64,000 nucleotides of DNA, taken from NCBI RefSeq assembly GCF_964213995.1, contig NC_135802.1, forward strand, positions 118,110,001-118,174,000. Reading direction: 5' to 3'. A program made the translations under genes and the position numbers. The DNA is from Mustelus asterias. Taxonomy: Eukaryota. Positions 40,721-52,325 of the stretch are shown in pieces. The notes beneath the pieces were generated by a model, which worked only from the letters and a program-made list of their open reading frames with translations, had not been told where the DNA came from and ran no database searches. Position 1 is the first letter of the stretch. Each line of letters opens with the position of its first letter.

Positions 40721-40934
40721 CTTATTGCCTTACACTTGCATGTGCACGAAAATCCAGCAAATTAAGATAACCCTTAATTCCAAGATTCAATCCACTGAAC
40801 CTTCTCTGAATTACCACCAATGCAAGTATATCCTTCCTAAGGAAGGAGACCAGTACCTTAGGTGAGATCTCACCTATGTTCTGTAAACTGAAGCATGTCC
40901 TTCCTACTTTATACTCTATGACCTTTGCAATCCA

Positions 40935-41185
40935 ATGGTGAGCACTGCTGCCTCACAGCGCAAGGAACCCGGGTTCAATTCCTGGCTTGGGTCATTGTCT
41001 GTGTGTAGTTTGCACAGTGTCTCTCCGTGTCTTGTGTGGATTTCCTCCGGGTGCTCCAGTTTTCTCCCACAGTCCGAAAGACATGCTGGTTAGGTGCATT
41101 GGCCATGCTAAATTCTCCCTCCGTGTACCCGAACAAGCGCCGGTGTGTGGCAACTAGTGGATTTTCACAGTAACTTCATTGTACT
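40935..41185 (+). mobile_element. V-SINE with Rex1-like tail, 3' end truncated
   Basis: gtgtacccgaacaagcgccggtgtgtggcaactag...ttttcacagtaacttcattg. Confidence 0.8.
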
Positions 41186-41189
41186 GTCA

Positions 41190-43630
41190 TTCCCTGTCAT
41201 CAGGGATGTCTGGTAAGTGGCAGGCTTTCAAAAGTGTGTTAACCAGTCTTCAGGGTAGGTACATTCCTCTTTGAGTGAAGGGCAAGGCTGGCAAAAGTAG
41301 GGAACCCTGGATGATCGGGATATTGAGGCCCTGGTCAAGAAGAAGAAAGAGGCACATGACATGCATAGGCAGCTGGGATCAAGTGAATCCCTTGAAGAGT
41401 ATAGGGGGTGTAGAAGTAGAGTTGAGAGAGAAATCAGAAGGGCAAAAAGGGGACACGAGATTGTTTTGGCAAATAAGGCAAAGGAGAATCCAAAGAGCTT
41501 CTACAAATACATGAAGGGCAAAAAAAGGGTGGCACGGTAGCACAGTGGTTAGCACTGCTGCTTCACAGCTCCCGGGACCTGGGTTCGAATCCCCGCTCAG
41601 GTCGCTGTCTGTGTGGAGTTTGCACATTCTCCCTGTGTCTGCGTGGGTTTCCTCTGGGTGCTCTGGTTTCCTCCCACAGTCCAAAGATGTGCGGGCTAGG
41701 TTGATTGGTCATTCTAAATTGCCCCTTAGTGTCCTGGGATGCATAGGTTAGAGGGGTTAGTGGGTAAAATATGTAGGGATGTGTGGATAGGGCCTGGGTG
41801 GGATTGTGGTCGGTGTACACTCGATGGGCCGAATGGCCTCTTTCTGCACTGTAGGATTCCATGATTCTAAAAAAGTAACAAGGGAGAGAGTAGGGTCTCT
41901 TAAGGATGCACAAGAGATGGGTGAGATCCTAAATGAATATTTCTCATCAATATTTACTGTTGAGAAAAGCATGGATGTTAGGGAACTTGGGAAAATAAAT
42001 AGTGATGTCTTGAAGAGGGTACATATTACAGAGAAAGAGGTGCTGGGAGTCTTAATGCGCATCAAGGTAGATAAACCCCCGAGACCTGATGAAGTGTATC
42101 CCAGGACGTTGTGGGAGGCGAGGGAGGAAATTGCGGGTCCCCTAGCCGAGATATTTGAATCATCGATAGTCACGGATGAGGTACCTGAAGATTGGAGAGT
42201 GGCAAATGTTGTGCCTCTGTTTAAAAAGGGCTGCAGGGAAAAGCCTGGGAACGACAGGCCAGTGAGCCTCACATTTGTGGTGGGTAATTTGTTGGAAGGT
42301 ATTTTGAGAGACAGATCTACAGGCATTTAGAGAAAAGGACTGATTAGGGACAGTCAGCATGGTTTTGTGAGTGGAAAATCATGTCTCACAAATTTGACTG
42401 AATTTTTTGAAGGGGTAACCAAGAAGGTAGATGAGGGCAGTGCAGTTTATGTTGCCTGCATGGACTTTAGCAAGGCCTTTGACAAGGTACCACATGGTAG
42501 GTTGTTGCATAAGGTTAAACCTCATGGGATCCAGGGTGAGTTATCTAAATGGATACAAAATTGGCTTCTTGACAGAAGCCAGAGGGTGGTTGTAGAGGGT
42601 TGTTTTTCAAACTGGAGGCCTGTGACCAGCGGTGTGCCTCAGGGATCAGTGCTGGGCCCGCTGTTATTTGTCATTTATATTAATGATTTGGATGAGAACA
42701 TAGGAGGCATGATTAGTAAGTTTGCAGATGACATCAAGATTGGTGGCATAGTGGACAGTGAATAAAGTTATCTCTGATTGCAACGGGAGCTTGATCAATT
42801 GGGCCAGTGGACTGACGAATGGCAGATGGAGTTTAATTTAGACAAATGCGAGGTGATGCATTTTGGTAGATTGAACCAGGGTAGGACTTAGTTAATGGTA
42901 GGGCGTTTGGGAGAGTTACAGAACAAAGAGATCTAGGGGTACATGTTCATAGCTCCTTGAAAGTGGAGTCACAGGTGGACAGAGTGGTGAAGAAGGCATT
43001 CGGCATGCTTGGTTTCATCGGTCAGAACATTGAATACAGGAGTTGGGACGTCTTGTTGAAGTTGTACAAGACATTGGTAAAGCCACACTTGGAATACTGT
43101 GTACAGTTCTGGTCCCCCAAATATAGAAAGGATATTATTAAACTAGAAAGAGTGCAGAAAAGATTTACTAGGATGCTACCGGGACTTGATGGTTTGAGTG
43201 ATAAGGAGAGGCTGGATAGACTGGGACTTTTTTCTCTGGAGCATAGGAGGCTGAGGGGGTGATCTGATAAGAGGTTTATAAAATAATGAGGGGCACAGAT
43301 CAGCTAGATCATCAATATCTTTTCCCAAAGGTAGGGGAGTCTAAAACTAGAGGGCATAGGTTTAAGGTGAGAGGGGAGAGATACAAAAGTGTCCAGAGGG
43401 GCAATTTTTTCACAGAGGGTGGTGAGTGTCTGGAACAAGCTGCCAGAGGTAGTAGTAGAGGCAGGTACAGTTTTATCTTTTAAAAAGCATTTAGAGAGTT
43501 AGATGGGTATAGAGGGATATGGGCCAAATACGGATACTTGGGATTAGCTTAGGGGTTTAAAAAAAAGGGCGGCATGGACAAGTTGGGCTGAAGGGCCTGT
43601 TTCCATGCTGTAAATCTCTGTGTATGACTC
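41190..43630 (+). mobile_element. 5'-truncated CR1 LINE with an HE1 SINE at 41528-41868
   Basis: [55 protein letters not shown]; several stops and frameshifts. Confidence 0.95.
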
Positions 43631-44574
43631 TATCAGTTTACTGGTCCAGGTCCTTGAATGTGGCAAGTGACCTTTATAACAGTGAAGATCAAGAGACACA
43701 AAACAAAACCTTTAGTGGTATCTGTTGCTGCCTATTCCAAAGCCAATTTTCAATCCAACTTGATTGCTTCTTAACAATTAAGTCTTAAATTTTAACAGGC
43801 TGTACATGGAACTTTCTTTAGTGCTTTCTGAAATTCCCAATTATGTTTACCAATAGCACTCATCCTGTAATTTTGTTTCTTCCTTAAAGAATTCCACTTC
43901 GTTTACATGCACGGCCCATGACTTAAATCTAAATTGGCTACAACTTAGTTTCTGCACAATTTGGAAGAACACAGTACATGATGTTGCAAAATACTCTTGT
44001 CCATTTTCTCCTCTGTCATTAAGCTCATCTGAATTCTTTTCAAATAGAATTTTTGTTCCTTCTCAAATTACTCAACTGTTATTCTTTCTAACTCCTTCAC
44101 AAGAGGCTTGCTAAAACAAAGACGAGTCTGCATGCAAGTGGAGAAGTGGTTAAATTATTTTAATTGGGGAAATCTGTTCCTCTCTGCAATAGATGTGCAG
44201 TTTCAGCCAATCATACTCCTCGTCTACAGAGAGCAAACACATTTTAATTAAGGACTCGTCATTATCCTTTTCTGTTGTCGTATAGTTTTGTATTTTAAAC
44301 AAAGTTTCCTTCCTGTTTGATTTAATTTTCTTGTCCCGGTGAATTTGGTTTTGGTAGAAGCACACTTTTATTTGAGAGAGTAAAACGATCCTCACTTAAA
44401 GCTACACCAAGAATTTAGGAAACAATGTTATGAGTTAGTAGAAGACCTTTTATTGCCATTTTATATGTTCTTGGATCGCTTCTTTACTGTTCTGCAAGTT
44501 TGCTTCAGTGCATCCTGTTCTGTTTGTCACTTATCATTCCACAGAGATTGAATCTTCCCTAGCAATCAAATATT

Positions 44575-45432
44575 TTGTTTGATTTGATTTATTATTGTCA
44601 CATGTATTAACATACAGTGAAAAGCATTGTTTCTTGCGCACTATACAGATAAAACATATCGTTCATAGAGAAGGAAACGAGAGAGTGCAGAATGTAATGT
44701 TACAGTCATAGCTAGGGTGTAGAGAAAGATCAACTTAATGCAAGGTAAGTCCATTCACATGTCTGACAGCAGCAGGGAAGAAGCTGTTCTTGAGTGGGTT
44801 GGTACACGACCTCAGACTTTTGTATCTTTTTCCCGAAGGAAGAAGGTGGAAGCGAGAATGTCCGGGGTGCGTGGGGTCCTTAATTATGCTGGCTGCTTTG
44901 CCAAGCCAGTGGGAAATATAGACAGAGTCAATGGATGGGAGGCTGGTTTGCGTGATGGATTGGGCTACATTCACGACCTTTTGTAGTTCCTTGCGGTCTT
45001 GGGCAGAGCAGGAGCCATACCAAGCTGTGATACAATCAGAAAGAATGCTTTCAATGATGCATCTGTAAAAGTTGGTGAGAGTCGTAGCTGACATGCCAAA
45101 TTTCCTTAGTCTTCTGAGAAAGTAGAGGCGTTGGTGGGCTTTCTTAACTATAGTGTCGGCCTGGGGGGACCAGGACAGGTTTTTGGCGATCTGGACACCT
45201 AAAAACTTGACGCTCTCGTCCCATTCTACTTTACCCCCATTGATGTAGACAGGGGCATGTTCTCCTTTACACTTCCTGAAGTCGATGACAATCTGCTTTG
45301 TTTTGTTGACATTGAGGGAGAGATTATTGTTGCTGCACCAGTTCACCAAATTCTTTATCTCATTCCTGTACTCTGTCTCATCATTGTTTGAGATCCGACC
45401 CATTATAGCGGTGTCGTCAGCAAACTTGAAAA
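44575..45432 (-). mobile_element. Rex1/Babar-type LINE 3' part with an open 222-aa frame
   Basis: tttgctgacgacacc (FADD) at the truncation point; WCSNNNLSLNVNKTKQIVIDFRK, KKAHQRLYFLRRLRK; (TTTGA)n tail. Confidence 0.9.
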
Positions 45433-45849
45433 TTAAATTGTTTCATCCTATCAGACCCTGCTGCATCTTAACCAAGCATCATTGTAATATTTGCATTTTA
45501 CCTACTACAGAGTTGATGATATTTTCAATAAGCTGTTGTTTAGCACTATTTATGCTCTAATTCTAAAACTCCAAATGTTTCAATTTTGACTTTAATAGAA
45601 ATACAATTGTTATTCACTTCCATCACAATTGAAATGGTAAATATTAGGAAAGAATACAAACATCCATGTTGAGCACGATGCACGAGCAGAAACTCAGTCC
45701 ATATTGTGGTATTTGGTCAACTATTCACAAAGTCACAAGACAAATGCAGATGCGAAAGGCTATCCAGCCCATTTACCCTGAAAGACCCTACCCATAGTTG
45801 CCCATCTTAAAAGGTTCCTGGATAATCATCCCAACCATCCCAATTGGAA

Positions 45850-46000
45850 TAAAATAAAAGCAAAATACTGCAGCTGCTGGAATCTGGAATAAAAACAGAA
45901 AATGCTGGAAAATCTCAGCAGGTCTGACAGCATCTGAGGAGAGAGAATAGAACCAAATTTTCGAGTCTGGATGACCCTTCGTGAGAGCTACGAGAAAAAA
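45850..46000 (-). mobile_element. Terminal repeat of a second Penelope-like family with a mutated hammerhead
   Basis: aaaacagaaaatgctggaaaatctcagcagg; minus strand CTCACGA-aGGGTC-atcca-GACTC-GAAA. Confidence 0.6.
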
Positions 46001-46387
46001 TCAGAAAAGATTTATACTATGAGGGTGGTGGGGCTGTAATAGGACAAAGGGAATGTAAATGAGGATGAAGGAGGCTGGGAGAGGTGCTAAAAGTGTCCAA
46101 TAAATGATCAGAATATGTGAATGATAGAACAGAAGTACAGATAGGCAGTTGCCCTTGAAAAAGCTAAGGATCCTTCCATAACAATGCAGTTTTCTATTTC
46201 ATTAGAAACTTTGGGCATCCATTTTCCAGCCTCAATGTTCCTGGAGATCAATCTTCATTCTCAGGGGTACATCTTCTGGTGTCGAAGAGTGCTCCTGAAG
46301 ATCGTTTTCATTTTCAGGCAACCCATCACCTTTCTTCAATAGTGGGTCAGTGAAGTTGGACACTTTTCAATATAGCACCCAGATATT

Positions 46388-46686
46388 GGGCGGCACGGTA
46401 GTACAGTGGTTATCACTGCTGCCTCACAGCGCTAGGGACTCGGATGCAATTCCCGGTTTGGGTCACTGTCTGTGCGGAGTCTACATGTTCTCTCTGTGTC
46501 TGCGTGGGTTTCCTCCGGGTGCTCCGGTTTCCTCCCACAGTCCAAAGACATGCTGGTTAGGTGCATTGACCATGCTAACTTCTCCCTCGATGTACCTGAA
46601 CAGACGCCGGGGTGTGGCGACGAGGGGATTTTCACAGTAACTTCATTGCAGTGTTAATATAAGCCTACTTGTAACACTAATAAATA
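46388..46686 (+). mobile_element. V-SINE with Rex1-like tail, full length
   Basis: gggcggcacggtagtacagtgg head; tail ...gcagtgttaatataagcctacttgtaacactaataaat. Confidence 0.85.
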
Positions 46687-47419
46687 GGAAAAAAAAGAAA
46701 CAACAGTAGACTATGTCATTCAGGTGTGCCCTGCCACTGAATATGGCATGGAAAACCCAGGTGCATAATTAATAGATCAGTGGTGTGATTCCCTGCAGCG
46801 TCCACATTCCCACCCCCACACAGTCTCAAAATAGGAAAATTCACCCTTAATTTCTTTCTAAGTTGGAAGAATATTAGTTCTTTAAATTTTTAGACTCGTT
46901 TCATCGCTGTTTTTTCTAACAATAGTTTTAGCAATATCAGCTTTGGCTGCCTTCATTTCCATTTGAAGTTTGTTTTGCCCCAGCATCCATTTAATCTACC
47001 TGGAATGATTAACCATAAATGACAGCAAGCGTAATTTCCTTTTTAGATTAACTTTCCTTTGTTGCCTGATATTTAAAATATAAAATAAGTTACATTGATT
47101 CGGTGTAAAATGTCACAATAGCATCAAGTTCATGCAATTTCCAGTTTTCCAATTTTGCAAGTTTTGTTCAGTTTCAGGGTGGAATGGATTATATTTTATA
47201 TATAAACCTTCTTTAAAATCAAGTTATAAATCCATGAGGAATTCAAGAAATTAGTTCGCCTCAGCCATGTATTATCTAACGCAGTGGAACGAACATACAG
47301 TAAAACGCCTCTACATAATTGCTTAATTGTATATATTTGTGGCACATTGCTATTTTGTTCTCGTGCATTGTGTATTATTTCTGTTATCTATATGGGAACA
47401 TTTTACATTTCTTTAATAG

Positions 47420-47558
47420 ATGTATGAATCAGCTGAACAAACTATAACAGAAGATGACTTGGCCTGCATTCTGAAGACTGCTTTGGGGGTAAATAAGCTT
47501 GATGTATCAAGCTTATTTGAAGTTATTGATGCTACTCAGAAGAAGAAGATCAGTTATA
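47420..47558 (+). CDS. LPCAT1: LPCAT1 coding exon, MYESAEQTITEDDLACILKTALGVNKLDVSSLFEVIDATQKKKISY
   Basis: ctttaatag acceptor and gtaagt donor; 139 nt; CILKTALGV motif. Confidence 0.95.
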
Positions 47559-48049
47559 GTAAGTGTATATCATTCACCTGATTGAAGCCAATTAAAATAT
47601 ATATTAACAGTTAAATCTCTACTTATCTACTCATAATGTAACTAGATTTCTGTCAAATGCTGTGAAGTTGCTCCTGATGATTTACTAGTGCATGATTTTT
47701 GTCAGCTCCATAATTATGAAATTGTAAGGTAGCCTGCCCCACTCCATGCAAAGCCATTTATCTTCTATTTTTACGAATTTAGATTCCCAGAATGAAATAT
47801 AATTTGTAAATTTCAGCTGAAAATTGTCAGATTACTAACTTGTTCAGTTCCTCAGAATTTGGGATTTCAAGATTTTTTTCTGCATCAATAGAGAGATGGT
47901 TTGACATGTTTCATTTTCAATCAACAGCTAAAAATATAATTTCATAAATTATCAAATCAAATGAAAACCAGAAAAGGCATATTTAAAAGCCAAATTAACA
48001 AATTAGATTGAATTCTGAAAGTTTACATATTTTCATAATTTTTTTCTCA

Positions 48050-48303
48050 ACCTAACCAGCACGTCTTTGGACTGTGGGAGGAAACTGGAGCACGCGGAGG
48101 AAACCCACGCAGACACGGAGAGAGCATGCAGACGTGCTCCAGTTTCCTCCCACAGTTCAAAGACGTGCTGGTTAGGTGGATTGGCCATGCTAAATTCTCC
48201 CTCAGTGTACCCAACAGGTGCTGCAGTGGGGCGACTGGGGATTTTCACAGTAACTTCATTGCAGTGTTATTGTAAGCCTACTTGTGACTGATAAATAAAC
48301 TTT
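48050..48303 (+). mobile_element. V-SINE (Rex1-like tail) with an inverted, duplicated 5' segment
   Basis: 48050-48132 is antisense V-domain; 48133-48303 is sense V-domain plus tail. Confidence 0.85.
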
Positions 48304-48719
48304 ATTAAGCTATTTTATAGTCTTCCAGAGTCGAAATTGAGTGAAACAATTTTTGATCATAGTCATTGAATGAGAAGTGCTGGTAATGATTCTTCTGCTG
48401 ATTAAATCACTCCTGCCACCCACCCTATCACAAGCCTACAGACCTTCCCTTTTGTTCTTTCCGCTCCTCGCCTCTCTCCTTTCTCTGCACCTACTCAATA
48501 CCTAATATATCTATAATGTTTTCCAATTCAGAAAAAAAGTACCAGCAATAAAATATTTACCGTCCATGTCTCAAGATGCATGCAGTCTGGCCTGCTGCGT
48601 ACTCCCAGTATTCCTATATGTCTCTTGTATTGTTATACAGTGACCCAAGCCTGGAATCGAACCTGGGTCCCTGGAACTGAGGCAGCAGTGCTAACCACTG
48701 TGCCACCGTGTTGCCTCCC

Positions 48720-50010
48720 AGATGAAAGATGAGGTGCTGTTTTTCCAGCTTCCGTTGCCTTAATTAGAATAGAGTAAGAGGCCAAGGCCAGAGATGGATT
48801 GTGTAGGGGATTGAAGTGACAGAGGACCAGAGGCTCATCATGGTTGCAGAATAAATGGAGGTGTTAAGCAAATCTGTCACCCAGTATGGGTTAGATCTCC
48901 CTATAAGGAGAAGACAACAAACAGAAGTATAAGTAAAATCACAGTTCCACCCTTAAGGAGTGTTTGAGGCCCTCGGCAGTGCTGGGGGAGGAGGTAATAC
49001 TCTTGTGATTGCAGGGAAAGATGCTGCATGAACGGAAAGGCATATTGGAAATAATTCAAGAGTGGACATTGTAGTCACAGGGAAAATAAATTTGGCGGGG
49101 AGGTGGGGGTGTTGTAAGATGTATTTGGTGGCATCCCTCAGGAGGTGACAGGAATTGACTATGATTGGATTGAACGTAGAACCTGGTGTGGCTAGAAGGT
49201 GAAGATACCCGGAAGCCCTAACTTGGTTCTGATAGAGAGGGGAAAGGATGAGAGCAGAAGTGTGGAAAATAGGACAGACATGTTGACTGCCCAAGGTGAA
49301 AAGGAATCTTTGGTTGACGAAAAAGATTTACATAGCAAAAGCAATAGTATTGAGGATTGTCAGAACAGATGTGATGGAGAAACTTAAGAGTATGGAATGG
49401 AGTCCTTACTAGGGTCAACTTTAGCATGGCCAATCAACCTGACCCGCACATCTTTGAACTGTGGGAGGAAATCAAAGCACCCAGAGGAAACCCATGCAGA
49501 CACAAGGAGAATGTGCAAACTCCACACAGTGACCCGAGGCCGAAATTGAACCAGGGTCCCTGGCACTGAGAGAGCAGTGCTAACCACTGTGCTATCATGC
49601 CACGTGTAGTTGAGCAAATTATCAACTGCTGAAGTATTGTGGCAAATGGAGGTCCAAAGGCTATACAGTTTGGAGTGTAAGAATGTAGTTGTAGTGGACA
49701 TGCATGGAAATGGGGTTTGGGATTTTTTTTTCATTTCTAGGATGTGGGCATCGCTGGCTAGGCCAACATTTGTTGTCCATCCCTAACTGCCCTTGAGAAA
49801 GTGGTGATGAGCTGCTTTCTTGAACTGCTGTAATCCACGTAGTGTAGGTGCACCCACAGTATGGCCAAGGAGAGGGTTCCAGGATTTTGACCCAGTGACA
49901 GTAAAGGAAGAGCAATATATTTTCAAGTCATGATGGAGAGGAACTTGCAAGTGATGGTATTGTGTGTGATGCAAGGAAATGCTTGGAGATGGCCTGGTCT
50001 GAAGTAAGTC
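48720..50010 (-). mobile_element. Very decayed Penelope-like remnant with SINE (48635-48718, 49415-49600) and LINE-tail (49730-49960) insertions
   Basis: KFLHHICSD-like motif (cf. FLRLRRICSD) near 49350-49390. Confidence 0.5.
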
Positions 50011-50329
50011 CATGGGAGAAGAGAAGCCGAAAGGGATATGGTTTGCATGGAGGGAAAGGTTAATGACAGTTAGAAGGGCAGTGAGAGGAGTAAGGGAATG
50101 AGGATGCTGCGATTAGATGCTGAGAACTAAGCTATCACTATGACAGTTTCTGCAAGGTAGTTGATGGAAAATGTAGCTAAACAAGGAGGTTTCAGTAAAG
50201 GGGGACATGCTACTGAGCACAAAACGTATCAGTGCAGTCATTCACATTAAGGCTATGGATAGTACCAGGCCTTAACTCTCAGACTTCCAAAGGGAATGAA
50301 CAAGATAGAGAAATTCAACAATAGACAAC

Positions 50330-50930
50330 CCAACCATCTCTTGACATTCAAGGCATTACCATTGCTGAATCCCAGGGGTTACCAATGACCAGAAACAGAA
50401 CTGGACCAACCATTTTAATACTGTGGCTACAAGAGCAAATTAAAGACTGGAAATTCTGAGGCCAGTACTTCACCACCTGACTCTCCAAACCCTGTCTATC
50501 ATCTATAAGGTAAAGTCAGGGGTGCGATAGAATTTTGTTTCTTACCTGGATGAGTGCAGTTCCAACAACACTCAAGTTCCTGGACAAAGCAGCCTGCTTG
50601 ATTGACACCTAATTCTCTTCCTCCACTACTGACATACAGTGGCAGCAGTGTATACTATGTACAAGATGCACTACAGGAACTCATTAAGGCTCCTTCAACA
50701 ACACATTCCAAACCCATGACCTCTACCACCTAAATAGACAAGGACAGCTGATGCATGGGAACACCACCATCTTCCAAGCCCCTCACCATCCTGACTTGGA
50801 GCCGTATCACTGTACCTTCACCATTGCAGCATCAAAATTCTGGAATTCCTTTCCTAGTGGGTACCTGCACCAAATGGATTGCAAAGACTCACCACTACTT
50901 TCTCAAGGGCACTTGAGAAATATTGGCCCA
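50330..50930 (+). mobile_element. 3' fragment of the APE-RT LINE family
   Basis: actgtggctacaagagca, caagatgcactacagg, ttctcaagggcac tail. Confidence 0.75.
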
Positions 50931-51699
50931 AGTTCTGTGGAAAAAATAGAAACAGAAGGATTTTGGTGAGATTAGGTCCCAGCAGGCATGTTGATCAAGA
51001 AGGTCAGGGAGAAAGGAGAATGACCATTTTGAGGTTGCTGCTTGGAAGAAGGCAGTGATGGAAACATTGATGGACACTTTGGACAATGCCAAGAGATTTG
51101 AAAATGGCAATTAGTGGTCTTGTACAAAGAAAATTCAATCCTGAGATGGAAGCAGAGAGATAGTGGTGAATTAGAATACAAATTTTAGTTGTAAAGAGAG
51201 CAAAGAACCCCTGTGGGGTGATTGAAAAGAAGCACGGATTGGTGATAAGCAGAGGAAAATGGAGATAGAAATAAAGGGTTCAGATCCAGAGATGGAACCA
51301 AAATTGATACAAGTGGATGCTGAGCGAACTCTAGTTAAAAATGTATCATTAAGGTTAAAAGAAACATCTCTCTCGATTATAAACAGGGCACTGGAAGAAT
51401 CTGAGCTTAAAAGGTTTAGGTTGAAGTTGACTTGTAGACCAGATGGCATCAGCTTTGAGTATTGAAGGAACAATGTCCCAATTCAGAGATCATTGTGGAG
51501 AAGGAATGAATCCAGGAACTGTTTGATGTTCAGTGGATTCATGGTTATCATTTGATAAATAGAGAGAGGAGGTGGCATTAATAATCAGCCAGGAGCTTGA
51601 TATAAGTGACCACTGGAGGTGAGCAATGGTGTTGGTAGCAAACACCCACAGATCCAGCAGAGGAATTAGGGCCAAGTGAGTGAAACCCAAGAACCAATA

Positions 51700-52325
51700 G
51701 CATTGAAATCCTGGTGTCCTGACCAACATTTATCTCTTCACCAACATTGAGGGGGGGTAGTTATAGAACCGATGTCAGGGGTAGGTTCTTTACCCAGAGG
51801 GTGGTGAGGGATTGGAATGCCCTGCCAGCATCAGTAGTAAATGCGCCTAGTTTGGGGGCGTTTAAGAGATCCGTAGATAGGTTCATGGACGAAAAGAAAT
51901 TGGTTTAGGTTGGAGGGTCACAGTTTTTTTTTTTAACTGGTCGGTGCAACATCGTGGGCCGAAGGGCCTGTTCTGCGCTGTAATGTTCTATGTTCTATTC
52001 TATCAGTAAATGGGATTACCTTGTCATTTATCTCATTACTGTCTGTTGGACCTTTCTGTGTGCAAATTGATTTCAACATTCTCGACTTTACATCAATGAC
52101 TAAATTTCAAAAGTATTTCATAGAATCATAGAATTCCTACAGTGCAGAAGGAGGCCATTTAGGCCAGCAAGTTGCTCCGACGGAGTGTCTTAACCAGACC
52201 CTATCCCTGTAACCCCACAGATTTATCCCCCTAACCTATACATCTTGGGACACAAAGGGACAATCTAGCATGGCCAATCCACCTAACCTGCACATCTCTG
52301 GACTGTTCCATGGCTTGTGAAGTGC
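51700..52325 (+). mobile_element. DeuSINE remnant split by a CR1 3' end (~51750-52000), an HE1 3' half (~52120-52305, -) and the long LINE; its last bases resume near 56330-56375
   Basis: ggtgtcctgaccaacatttatc ... gtcatttatctcattactgtctgttggacc...gtgcaaattg...ttcaaaagtatttca ... aaaggcactataaaaac. Confidence 0.6.
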
